DNA from: Lingula anatina
Lineage: Eukaryota > Animalia > Brachiopoda
Length of the DNA: 64,000 bases
NCBI GenBank assembly: GCA_051362555.1
Contig: CM120645.1
Span: 3,348,001-3,412,000 of the forward strand
Direction of reading: 5' to 3'
Part shown: positions 38,399-51,145 of the stretch, piece by piece
Numbering within the stretch: position 1 is the first letter of the stretch
Layout of the letters: each line of letters starts with the position of its first letter
Notes under the pieces: generated by a model
Seen by the model: only the letters and a program-made list of their open reading frames with translations
The model's database searches: none
What the model was told of the DNA's origin: nothing
Program-made: the position numbers and the translations under genes

Positions 38399-41300
38399 CC
38401 CATTGGTTTAGGATGGCCCATTAAATCACAGGACAGGGTATAAAAATCACAAAAAGAAAATATTATGCCTAGATTATTGAAAAAAACATTTTAGTTGTGC
38501 GGTGTGCACAGACGAAAGGAATAATTGGCATATATCTTTTTGTGAATTTAATTTCATGTAAATAACTTAATGTGACTCGAAACAATTTTTTAAACAATAT
38601 TGCAATTCGAATCCCACAGGTTCAAAGCGAATCATTAGTCGTCCCGGCGCACAGGAGCGTCGAGAGGACGGTGAACTTGGACTCAACTATAGGGAACCGG
38701 ACGACTTTCACGGTATCTTGGGAGACGCAGACACAGGCGCAGATAGCCATCGAGGTGATGGGACCAGGTTTGGACCATTCAATAGTCGGGGAACGCAGAG
38801 ACCACTACGTTGTAGTGATGGCGCCGAATATTTCAAAGGTATGGTGCAATGATATGATGGTGTTATTGAAGAATCCGCTGGCTGTAAATGAAGCACGTGC
38901 ACGTGTGTGCGCGTGCGTGCGCGTGGTTGTGGTTGGCTTAGTCCAATTATATTTGAGTATGAACTGTAAATAAGTAAATATGATCTCATACATGTAATAG
39001 CATTGACTCTGTGACAAATAAATGTGCATAGACTCTCATGATCATTTAAAAATAATCATTAGTAATGTTTTCTGCCTCTGAAAAGCCAATTTTGCAACGA
39101 AGGCTTACTGTGAATACAACAACAATACATAAATATATTTGTATTTACAGCCTGGTGAATGGACCACCAAGATACTGAACCCCTCCAACGTGGACCAGAC
39201 AGTTGTATTTCGGGTGGAGTCACATTCGTTGGAAGGGGTGGAGCCAATTAAAGTGTCTGCCAATATCCAAACGCAGAGTAACACTTACCTAGGTAAGTAC
39301 TATGCCGAGTATACTGAAAATGAAGAGCTTAGGGAGAAAAGGGGGGACGCTATCATCTTCTACCTATATACACTGGCCCACTGTTTGCTGGTGAGCAGAA
39401 TCTTTGGCAAAGTGATGCATTTTGTACCGTAAGATTTTGTTTTTGACACATGAAACATATTTATGTTTGTCTTCTTTTAAAAGTTTTGATTCATTTATGG
39501 AGCTTCTTCAAAAAAAGTAGAGGGTATAGCGAACATGGTTTGCCATGTAAGGTAAACTGAAGTACAAGTTCATACATTTCTTCTCTTTTAGTTAACAGCA
39601 CAGACGGCCCTCCCATTCTGTACGCTGATGTTGGTCTTGGATACTCACCGATAGTGGGCGCCAGTGTCTCTGCTGAAATTGAAACGTCGTCTGGAATGGT
39701 TTTAAAGGTTCCGCTGTACGACAATGGAACAGGTAAATTGCTCTACTCTTGTGAAATATCAATATTGACACACATGGCCTTCTATTTAATAATTCAATAT
39801 CATAATGTTTTGTCTGCTGTTTTTCTCTTTTATATCAGGTCCCAGTGTAGGGGTTGACTCCAGTTACCCAACTCTTTAGTATAATGCAAATAAGATATAT
39901 AAGTTATACTGCTATTGTATACGTTAAAACATGTAACTACATGAAGTAAAGTAGTTGAAAATGCCAACTAATTTGTGAAAAAAAAAATTACAAACATGTA
40001 CCTAAAGAAAAAGATCCAAACAGACTGGTTTGCAAACTCGAGCTGTGTTTTAATCACATGGCTGGATCATTCTTGAAATTTTGAAAATAATAAGTTATGT
40101 GCATATGCTTTTAGAAGTAATTATAATACGTTCAGGACGTGATTTCAGGCGCTGATACCACAGCAGGAGATGGTGTGTATTCCGCCTATTTTCTGGATTA
40201 CGTCAAGGCTACAGGAGACTACAGTGTGAAGGTCAAGGTTGAAAATGACCTCCGAAGAGCCCGGATGATGGTTAATGGAACCGCGGCAGGAGGATCGTCT
40301 GCCATGAGGAAAATCTCACTCTCGCATCCAGGTTGGTAAAACAATGATGATAAAAGTTAATTTCTGTCTTTATCACATCCTTCAAGAACAATTCAATATT
40401 TTTCATGTGATTTATGGAAATATGCGAATGTTATTCCCATTAGATAAAACGCAAGGAATTCTAGGGACTGAAAGATACAGTATGTATGTACCCCAACAAT
40501 AAAAAAATTAAGGCATCATGTATCTCCCACTCCAGGAACGATGAAGCCCGAACCCGTTGCACTTGAGAAATTTAACAGAGTGGCACTGTCCGGATTCTTC
40601 AAAGTGACCGGCGTTCCTAATCTGACCAACCCTAGCACAGACATCTTTCCCCCATCCAGGATTCGTGATCTTAGAGTGGTGGAGGCATCGCACGCTAAAT
40701 CTGTGATCATTTTGGAATTCACTGCAGTAGGGGATGATTATCAATCGGGAACAGGTAAGAGGGTTAATGGTTAAAATCAGTGTTATGAAGTGGAAGGTCT
40801 GTGTAACAGGCAGCCCTAGAACGGGGCTACTTAGTACAATGTACCTCTGGATCTACAAATCGAAGGGAACCGGACCCTCTATCACAGGGAATTGTCTCGT
40901 ACATGGCGATGGTCAAAAATTAATGCGATTACAGAATATTCAATTTGCATGCCGTTTTGTCGAGGGGTGTATCCATTTTGAAGGATATTTAATATTTAAT
41001 TAAATAAGCATTACCGCAGTAGTTCTCATCGAAGTCTACAGTAACTACACCTGGTACTTTCAAATATCATTTGGACTCAAATTAGTAAAACGAATCAAAC
41101 TGTGTGTTTTATACACTAAATAAAATGAGTCACTGAGATTTTGCCTATTTTAGACTATGTCCATTTACACAATTGTATTTATTTTCCAGCTGCAAGGTAC
41201 GAAGTTCGAGTCGGTGAGAATGTTCGGCAGTTCTTTGAAAGCCTTCACAGCGTGCCAACCATCGAGTCACATAGCAATTTACAGTGCGACCTCCCTCTTC

Positions 41301-41911
41301 CTAGCCCTGCAGGAACGCGCGAAAGGCTGGTAATCGCCGTTAATTCTGTGGATGTGGACGTCAGTTACTCCTTCGGGGTACGCGCGATGGACGAAGTTGG
41401 AAACTGGGGCGAAATATCAGTCATCACAACAGCCTCTTTGAAGAACTCATCCCATCAATTGTGGCCCACCCCTCCCGTCAAGACGGTTCATTTTTACCAT
41501 CATATCTTTAACCACACTGCGGTGTATATCAGCTCTGCGACAGTAGGTGGGGTTTTCCTAATTTGTATAGCAATTGGCGCCCTTCTCATCTGCAGATACA
41601 GACGACGGAACGGGTCCGCCGGATCTGACGCCGACTCTATCCAAAGAAGCGGATCTGGAAGATCAACGGACTCCGCGTCTTCGTGCAACTCTAAAGAATC
41701 TCCGCTGGCGTTTGAAAATCCTGGCTATGTGGGCGAGAAATCTGAGCAACCAGGAAGTCTTGACGGATTCCTGTACGAAACTCTTACGGAGCCGGAAGTG
41801 AAAAGCGGCAGTGGTTACCAGGGCATGCCGGGAGATCAGACCGTAAAAATTTTGAAGCTCCAAGATTCGGCTGATCTGCGTCAAGTCTCCGTTGTCGATA
41901 TGAAGTTTTAG
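31244..41911 (+). CDS. CLCA: Calcium-activated chloride channel regulator (CLCA) family metalloprotease, membrane-anchored, ~1053 aa, 14 exons
   Basis: Exons 31244-31432, 34571-34865, 35270-35553, 35868-36003, 36456-36562, 36805-37032, 37696-37882, 38199-38308, 38620-38838, 39151-39292, 39592-39732, 40149-40331, 40536-40754, 41190-41911, all GT-AG and in frame. Motifs: NNGYDGLLIAI, RAYFRNITILVP, LVHEWGHLQWGLFDE (HExxH), vWA MIDAS DISGS and LITDG, LYDNGTGAD..DGVYS, DIFPPSRIRDL, FN3, then a TM helix. Confidence 0.93.
37316..37386 (-). tRNA. tRNA-Gly(CCC), antisense within CLCA intron 6
   Basis: GCGCCGCTGGTGTAGTGGTATCATGCAAGATTCCCATTCTGGCGATCCGGGTTCGATCCCCGGGCGGCGCA. Intact A and B boxes, TTTT terminator 6 nt downstream, one A:G mismatch in the anticodon stem. 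Confidence 0.92.
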
Positions 41912-43200
41912 TCCGTTCAAGCTGTTTCTGGCCTTTTTATACATATCCCATGACCTTATGCAATACATGCTACTTTTTTGCATGCAACTTTAAGGTCTTT
42001 TATACAGGTACACATGTAGCGTCTGCGCACTTGTAGGCCTACTGGTATTCTGATTACTTACGTCTGACCAAAGTTTTAAGATTTCCCAACTCTGTGTTAA
42101 TCTATCTTGCCCAGACGTCATTGTATTTTCTAGTTTATTTTCGAATTTTTGTTACATGTTATTATATGTGAAAACCTTAATGTCGCGTTAAATGTCTATG
42201 TGCCTGTATAATCCAAAGGACGTGGCCGCATAAACATATTGCTGCACTAGATAATACTGAAAATCTACTTTTTCATATCAGTGCATTCGTACCCAATAAT
42301 GTTGTCTCATGCAAGCTCTCGATAAAGTCTCTGCTGCGTATATAAAAAGTTAATTGTTATGAAAATGTTTCAAAAGTTGGTTGGAGGCCACTAACATCTC
42401 GCACTTTGCATTGGTCCCGCTTTGCCCAATTTGCTCTGAAGAATGAAACAGCGGCATGCATGCCTACATAGCGTGCGGTTTGTCTTAATTTTTTTATGGT
42501 TTTTGAGAAATTATTTTATACATTATTATAGCGTTTTAATGAGAATGGATATTATATTCACTTTCATTTTATTTCTATGACACTTGCTGCACCATTTGAT
42601 ATGACTAAGATTTTCATTGTTGTAAATATCTTGTACAAAATTATTGTTTCGTCGCTTAATTCACGCATATAAGATTATGTACTCACTCCAGCTAATGAGA
42701 TCCATGTTGTTTTTTTTAATCTGAAGAAAAACTTGCATTATCTTATGTGAGTCCAAAGCTACGATACCAAGATGATTTTTATTTGAGGTCAACATAATAG
42801 CTCAGTCAATAACTGACCGAAACAACTCAGAACATCATAATGTGTTCAAAAATTAATGTTGATATTTTTTGATAAAACCGCTTCCTGTTTTTCGTGCAAT
42901 TCTAACTGTAATGTCTGTCAAATATATGCAATGTGATTTTTATATTTTTATGTTAATCAATATCAATAAATTTGTAAGATAGTAAGTACTTATTCTTTTT
43001 ACTAATATTCATTAAAAAAGAGTCGTTGTTAGGGCTTTGTCATTCTGTCCTGCCTTGCACACGATCACACAGGTTTCTTTTGAAGCGTAACAATGGGCGC
43101 TCCATTATTGTTATACTTATATAATTATCTTTTATTCTAAGTTATTTTCATTGTTGCGACCTTTGTTCGAAACAAAGCTCGTAAAATTACACGTTATCGG

Positions 43201-43250
43201 TAACGTTACGTCATGTTAAGATGACGTGACATGACAATGACGTCACTTAG
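43201..43250. promoter_or_regulatory. Cluster of CRE/ATF-like sites upstream of orphan TM gene
   Basis: TTACGTCA, ATGACGTG and palindromic TGACGTCA within 45 bp, about 105-150 bp upstream of ATG 43351. Confidence 0.45.
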
Positions 43251-43350
43251 ATAAACATCCCCATAGATACTAAACAAAGAAAACAAACGAAGCAAACAAG
43301 ATGGAAGAGACAAACATAAGGACGAAAAATCAAAATTTCTGCTTGATAAC

Positions 43351-44899
43351 ATGAGTTATTTCTCACAGATTAAGTACATTTTAGGCTACGAAGAGCCTCC
43401 AAAACAGAGCAAGTGGGAACAGTACTTCAACGAAATTATTTTAATTTGTTGCTCGGTATTTTTGTTGGTTATAGGCCTACTGATAGTATGGTTTAGGCGC
43501 AGGCGGAGGCGTACACCAAGTGAGTAGCATTGGACGCATGACATTGTTTTTTTCCTTTATTGCAATCATTTTATATTAAGCATCGAAATGACCATCCTTA
43601 TTACAGGGGGGTGGGGGTGGAGTTTTCCGTTTATTTATTTTTAGTATAAATTTCGATGTATTTAATTAAGTAACCATCTAATTATGCTTTCATTTTCAGA
43701 ATTATATCATATACAAAAATATTTTTTGCACGAGTAATAAGTGCGCCCTCATATATATGTATAACATATCATTAGCATTTTAAGTTTACATGCACATGGG
43801 CTAAAAATCAAAATGCTTAAATTATTTTTAAATATTATTTTTGGATGAATCTAGCTCCAGAAGAACTGCACAGCGAGAAACATAGTCTAAAAACGCCAAA
43901 TTGTGATAAAACAGAGCACATTCAACAGGACAAGGAAAAAGAGGTACGAGAACCAATTCGATACAAATAGTATCCCATACATCTTACTTCAACTTATACT
44001 GTGGTGGTCTAAATATCAGTAGTTGTTCAATGATTAAATTATTTATTACTTTTAATGTTGATGCCTGGCATATTTACATGTAGGCTACATCTTTTAGACT
44101 GGACGCTTTTAAGGGTCCGTTGTTGTTTTTTAATAGGGTGTTCGGACCAAGAGTCACATAAATTCAACACAGCTAATGGATATAAATAATTTATAACATA
44201 ATTGATAACAAGAGAAAAAAGAGAAAAAATACCTTTTGCAGCAAAAAGAAAAAAATATCGGTACATGCTTGTAGGTTTTGGCCGTATCACACTTTGGTGC
44301 CTTTTGATTTTGATCTATTGAAAGTCTGTTCCTAAAGTAATCAGATCACGCATACAAAAAATAAACGAAACCGCAATAAAAAAAAATCCTTTTAATATTA
44401 AAACAGGAAGGGCCATCAAAATCATCTGTTCTTTTTTAAATTTTGTATAGGCATTTTATCATTATATCATTATATCATTACCATTATATATTCAGATCGG
44501 ATATACATTGTTGTGTTACAGGAAGCCGAACTTCAACAGGCGAGCGGTAAAAGGGAGTTGATAGAAACTCACCAGCCCGTAGAACAGATAAAGAATCCAA
44601 GAGACATAATTTCTGAATACAACGCACAACAGATACCAAATGCGGCTATCGAAATCAGCTCTGTAAAGGTTTTTTTAAGACAATCTACTGTAAACGGACA
44701 TCATCGGTCTAGTCTGAAAAAACAGTGGATAATAATGCAAGAAAGACCTGATGACATCAAAGGTCAGGGAAGACTAGAAGGTCAAATCAAAGCACAAGGT
44801 CAAGGGCAAGATTCTTCAATAGCGAGAAAACCGACAAAACCTCCCGTTCCCGTTATAAAACGTCGACGGTCGACAATCTCTAATAATTATTACGCTTAG
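43351..44899 (+). CDS. Uncharacterised single-pass membrane protein (~211 aa, 3 exons)
   Basis: Exons 43351-43519 (MSYFSQIKYILGYEEPPKQSKWEQYFNE-IILICCSVFLLVIGLLIVWF-RRRRRRTP, GTGAGT donor), 43855-43943 and 44522-44899 join in frame. AATAAA at 45001. Confidence 0.65.
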
Positions 44900-45264
44900 A
44901 TCACCGTTCGTTTTGACCCAAAAACATTGTTTTAGAGACGTAAGACAAAAATTACAACATCAATTTTTCATTCAAGATCGTGTAGACGTGATACTGATTT
45001 AATAAAAATATTATGTTAACAGTAATTGTCGAACGTTTTCTTTCCTATTTTCATTATTAATAAAAGTTTTTATCATTATACCTGCTTTATTGTCTGTTCA
45101 TTTGTTTCTTCTTGTTTTTTACTGATAGATCATCATGAAAATAAAATACGCTTCTGCTTCATAAAAAGTCCTACTTATCAAGCGCTCTTTTTTCTACATA
45201 AAAAGCATTGCTGTTAGTTTTCCATTATTTTTAACAAATATTTTAGACGGAATAAAACGATTTA

Positions 45265-45336
45265 TGCGAGGACCGGGAGTCGAAAGCGGATCGACTGCTA
45301 GGAAGGCAACCATGGTAACCGTTACACCATCCTCGC
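45265..45336 (-). tRNA. tRNA-Gly(TCC)-like gene, probably degenerate
   Basis: GCGAGGATGGTGTAACGGTTACCATGGTTGCCTTCCTAGCAGTCGATCCGCTTTCGACTCCCGGTCCTCGCA. Perfect 7-bp acceptor stem and TCC anticodon, but the T-stem/B-box GG is CT and position 37 is T. Confidence 0.7.
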
Positions 45337-48300
45337 CGCTTAAATGGATTTTTGAGCGGTATTTTGAAACCGCAACGCATCGCCATGAGAACATCCATTA
45401 ACGGTTGTAAAATGTCTCTCTTAAGGGTGTGTTAACATACCGTAGACAACTACAGCATTTACCAGAAGTGTGAATAGGCCTACTTCAACATTTTTTTCTG
45501 ATCACGCGTTGCAGTCATGTATATTTGCTGACCCGGTACTCATTTCGAATGGGAATTTTACTAAAATTTGGACAAAAAACTATGTTAGATGACAAACATG
45601 TGTTCACATAACCCTGTACTGCATTGTAACGCTCATGCTTGAAGTTTTTTTGGTAAATCCAATACTATTTTATTTTTCTCTCTCTTTTATTTCCCTGCCT
45701 TATGCTGTTCTTATTATTTTATTTTATTTTATTTATTTATTTATTTATTTATTTATTATTATTTTTTTTTTTGTGCATGAACGATTCAGTTCTCTTAAGT
45801 TAATATTGTACGTGCTTTAAAGTCTGTTAGTTTGTGCTCTAATGCGATAATTTACGAAGTGGTGCATTCGCATCATAATGCCGCGCAATCATGGCCCAAC
45901 TAACACAATGAATTCGAACATTGGTCATACTAATAGCCAACTCTGACAAGATTATTGACAATTGATGTTATTTCAGTATCTGTTTATATTACGCTTTTAT
46001 ACCTTTGGTGCAAGACGCATGTTGGGAGAGAAAATAATATTTCAGCTCCTTTGGTTATTCATTTTATTGGAACATAAATTACGGTTATGCAAATATGTAT
46101 ACTTCATGCTCAAATCTATTAGATTATATTTATGTAACTTGTATCCACTCCCAAGTGATTATTATCGGTTTTGGCGTAGCTTCAGGTCAATATATTTTAT
46201 CATAGCTGGCTTCGGGTCGCGCGAGTGGGACACGATATATTACTCTCACCCTATGCCACTAAACGGCTTTTTTCATTAATGAGGTCTCGTTCAACAGGTT
46301 ATCCTCAATTAAGAAGCCTCTTTAGAAACGACTATCGTTCTGCTTTCAGTATGGCTACAAAGCCTTATCGCTGCCACAAAAGCTGTCACACGTTTCAGCA
46401 TTCGATCATGAATGGCGGGACAAAGAGGAAAGTCAACACACTCGTCAGCTTGTTGAAAAAGTCAATAAACATTTATGTGTTCAATAAATCGTTTATGATA
46501 TGCGCTGCTTTTAAACGCAGGTGTCACCGCCTGGTTTTGTAGAGAGTGGAAATTAAGTTTACTGTTCGATTAGAAGCACTTGATCTTTTTTTAAAAAATA
46601 GTAATGACATTTTAAAAAATCAGTAATGTGACTTTTCAGTGTGTACGAGTTTAAAATAAACTCTGATCAATGGTGGGATCAGCAAGTGAAGTGGATGTGT
46701 GTCAATAAAGCCAAGGTGAGCAGGCAGCAGAATGCAAGGAAAGTTTCACCCTTAACTAATGCAGAAACACTTGGTTGTTTAGCCTTCGGTTTTGTCAACC
46801 ACTTCTCCCCACTCTAATTACTCGCTTCAGCCATTATGAACAAACATTCCCCTTGCTATTAAACAGCACCGAGGACAATCGCTTCGACTGTCAATGCACC
46901 GCAATGTCAATTTACATTACTTCCATGCCCGCTGGCCCCTCAATATTATGACATATCGGTTGCAGTTTACTTACGATTTACACTATTGCTGTGTTGGAGA
47001 CGCTGATGCGAAAAAATCGGACAAGAATTTGAGAAGTTTTATCACAAAGATGAGGCAATATTTGCAAACGGGACTAGACTAACCTGAAAGGGGAGTAACG
47101 AAAATAGGAAATGTTATTTGGGTGATGTTTTTATTGGGAACCGAAAACGCTCACTTCGACAGTTTACTGAAACGGGAGACATTCATGCCACTGTCACGTC
47201 AGTGACGGCAAAAGACTGGGACTCACTCATGACATTGCTATGAGACGCTGGCGTAGCGTAGCAGCGTGCTTTTACCGTACAGACCAACGGCTGCGTAATC
47301 GTACTGAGATGTTATCCTCTCTTCTCGAACTGATTGACGACCACGTCATTTAATCTCTATTGATTTTCAGTATTACCTGTGTATGTGTGGGCAAAACACT
47401 GCTTTGACTTAACAGTGACCCCACGGAGCAAGACCAAGGAAGTCATAGCTACTCGAAACAAGTTGTGATATAATACCTGAAATATAAAGTTGATGATTAA
47501 CCAACATTGTAACAAGGGAAAAACGTCAGAACCCATTGGAACTGATCACTCTCTCACAGCAAAAATACAAGGATTCGGTTTTCATTCAAATAACGAGGGG
47601 CGCTGAATGATCAATGCATATTGATATCTGAATTGCAAATTCAAGCGTTAGGATAAGCTCAGTAAAACGCCCTGGCGGAAAGAACAGCAGCAAATAGTTA
47701 TAATTGCTTTCCGTTGTATTCCATGCGAAAAAAAGGAAGCGCCATATCGTCTAGCTATTATGACGATATAGGATAACGCACATGTAACTTTGAAGGCTTC
47801 AGTTGAACTATCTCCGCTTTCCCGGATTCGCAGGAAAAGACACAAATAAACGTCGCTTAAAATATGGGCAAGGCATAGGAAAGCTCTGTATATCTTTCTA
47901 CATTTTGCAAGATTATCATACATGCATATACCTAGCTCAAATGTGTATTTATTTGACCTGAGAGACCCTCGGACACAATAAACGCTAAACACTGAGGCGG
48001 TAAGAACAGTCAGTGGAAGCCAAAATAATTCCAAATGGTGTCATCAAAACTTCAGAGAATCATTCGCAAACAGCTGTGACAGTAGGAGAAAAGGTCGCCA
48101 GGGTGCCATTTTGATAATAACTCCCTGAGAAACTGCCACTCGTTATCAGAATTTATCAAGATACTGCGATTTATACCCCAGCGGAGATATCGAAGAAACT
48201 AGTCGATAGCGTTCAAATCATGACGACGGAGGATAAACACCCGAAAACGAAACACTGCAACGGGCTGCTGTTTGAATGTAGACATACCAACAGTTTAATT

Positions 48301-48450
48301 TTAAGTAGAAATATATGAAACCTGCCGTAGAGTGAGAAACAAAAAGGAGCTATCACAGACGGCTAGCTAGCTAAGTTAGTACCGGGTGGAAAATCACTGA
48401 GACGACTCTTTTTGGGAAACTCAAGAGACGGTACACCGTCACCACCACAA

Positions 48451-48566
48451 ATGGCCAGGATGCCATTCACGAACTTTGAGGACTTGAACAAGGCTGCTAA
48501 TTTTAAATTCAAGGAGGCGATGATGAACGAACGGAGCAAACGATGGAGCAAGGTGGGATATTTTCT

Positions 48567-48616
<50 letters not shown>

Positions 48617-49664
48617 ATAATTTCGAAACTTCTGTTATAAATGTCACATTGTAATTATAAATTTCATTGTCATGAGTAAAATATATATATTTCATTTGGA
48701 TTCAGTATTATATTATTTATTACAAGTAATTATAATTGATAAGTTAACTAACGGTTGTTTCAATAGCAGGCAGTGGCGACTGACATCCAACCTTCCATTT
48801 TAAAATACACTAAAGAAACATTTGAAATGTACCTTTATATATACACTTGAATACACTGTATATTATTTTGTGGCTATAGACTAGTCATTCGCGTGACCAA
48901 TTTCATGTTTGACTGCATATACTAAGTGTCCCAAAAGGACTAGTCATTTCTCTGTTGCTATGACCAACTTCTGTAATCATTAGTAAAATATAAATTTGTC
49001 ATTATTAAAGAGGACTTAGCAAACGCTTAAAGCGGCCGTGTGTGTACACGAGTCGGATTAATCGGATTTGCTTTCGATTAACCTTAGTTTTACGAAACTG
49101 TTCAATCATACTGCAGGCTCTGTGTCTGACGTTAAAACGAAATGCAAACATGAAGAAGTGTGCCATTATATACAAGTTGCAGTTGATCTGTGCTTATATT
49201 GTCTAATTTTTTAACTAGAGTTGAAGCTTTTTGCGATTTAGGGTTCACATTTAGTCGGTCTAATCATAACGATACGCCTGACAGATTTTAAATCGAGCCC
49301 TGTCTATATGCTGTCTTTTTTATCATTATTATTATTTCATGCAACCGTTAGAATATCAATACCCCAATCTGCATTGCACGCAGCGGAGCATAGTGAACTT
49401 ATCGATATCACACAGCTGTAGAGTTTAGATCGCGTAAATTATTCATATTTAGTAAGAGAAGGGCAACCTGTCTTTTTGGCATTTCTGTCTGATAATTTCG
49501 AATGCTGAATGCTTCCTTATTATTATTAATAGCTTGAGTTCACGGGATTTGTGCTCGACGAGATGTAGGATTTGGTCAATTAAAAAACGCAATCATTCCA
49601 GCACTGATTTCAGCGAAACAAAGAATATAACTGTATAGTGTACATATCATTGAGCAAAACGACT

Positions 49665-49709
<45 letters not shown>

Positions 49710-51111
49710 GCACACACACACACACACACTCTTTCTTAAAATGGAAAGAAACAAGCTACTCAAATATGGTATTCGGACAGTGTATCGGCTTTTCGTAATA
49801 TGTAATTACTAATGCACAGCACATCAATTTGCTTGCTTGAAATAATTTGAAAAGACAGGACCCGCTTAAATCGTTGACAGGAAGGTAAAGTTTGGCAGAG
49901 TCAACACCGCATGTGTGTACACCTGATGGCTCGCTCCGCAAAATGTCAAGGGTCAGCTCACAAAATTGTGGTTACTTTCTAATTTAAATGAACACCTTGC
50001 TGTGATAATGGCAACATTGAGGTAAACACCCTTTGGTTACTATAACCGTTGCAATACTAGATGATTTGCTTTGTGAAACTCCTCATTTCCAAAGTTAATA
50101 TTATAGCAGGAAAAAAAAAAGAACGAACCTCGTCGCGCCCCCCCCCCCCAAAAAAATACCCTTAAATATTGCGGTTAAGTTTTTCTCATAATATCTGTAA
50201 AAAAAGAAATAAGGAGTCAATATGATATGCTCTTGGCATATAATTACTTTTGTTAAGTACGTAGTTAAATGCTTTAAAAGTGTATATGAACCGAGTGTCG
50301 ATTCATGCTATTCATTACTTACTGCTATGAGTTCGTGATCTATACGTTACACGTAATTGGCACAATATGTGTTTAAATTTCAGAATGATTTCAGTATTAT
50401 CTTTCAGGAAAACTCTATTGATCAGTATTGGTCTCCTGTAACACTCTTGATCCTTCCTTATTCAAGTCAAAATTTTATTTTTCGTTCTAGGCGGCACAGA
50501 ATTATCGCAGTTTGCTGAGTCTGATAAGTCTGGAAATTTTCCCGCCTAACTATGAGCCTCCTGACGGTTACGGCATGCTGGTGAATATTATAATTGGATA
50601 ATTAATCTTTAACATTTCGATATCATTATTTTTCACTTTGGTTTGACATTTACTCATTTAATTGTGCTTTGTATTAAAACGCATATTCATTTTATGCATT
50701 CGAAATTGAATCTTACAATGTTAATCGTTGTCATCTCATCAATTTAAATTCAGTTGATAATTTATTTTCAATCAGTCCCGTATAACTGAACCGAATTTTA
50801 TGATTGCGGTTTGATGAAGGCGTGTTATCATTTTAGCTCTATGAACTGTACTACAGTCTCGGCTGGGCACTACAGCAAGTTGGAGAGCACACCAAAGCTG
50901 TAAAAGCCTATACCAAGTCCATCAACAGTGTCAGTATTCCTAAGGTAAGTGCGCACAGTGTGGTAGTTGTGACGCATCACAATACGTCCGAGAACACCCA
51001 AGAACACCCGAGCGCTCCAAAAGTAGTAACTAAATGAAATAGATTAAAGCGGGGTTAAGTAGGAATAAACAAAATGACAAACAAATGATTGGCTATATAG
51101 ATGAATGAATG

Positions 51112-51145
<34 letters not shown>

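Noticed and set aside
45900-48400. Several 60-128 aa ORFs upstream of the TPR gene
   Set aside because: No recognisable motifs or consistent splice chain; likely promoter or UTR sequence.
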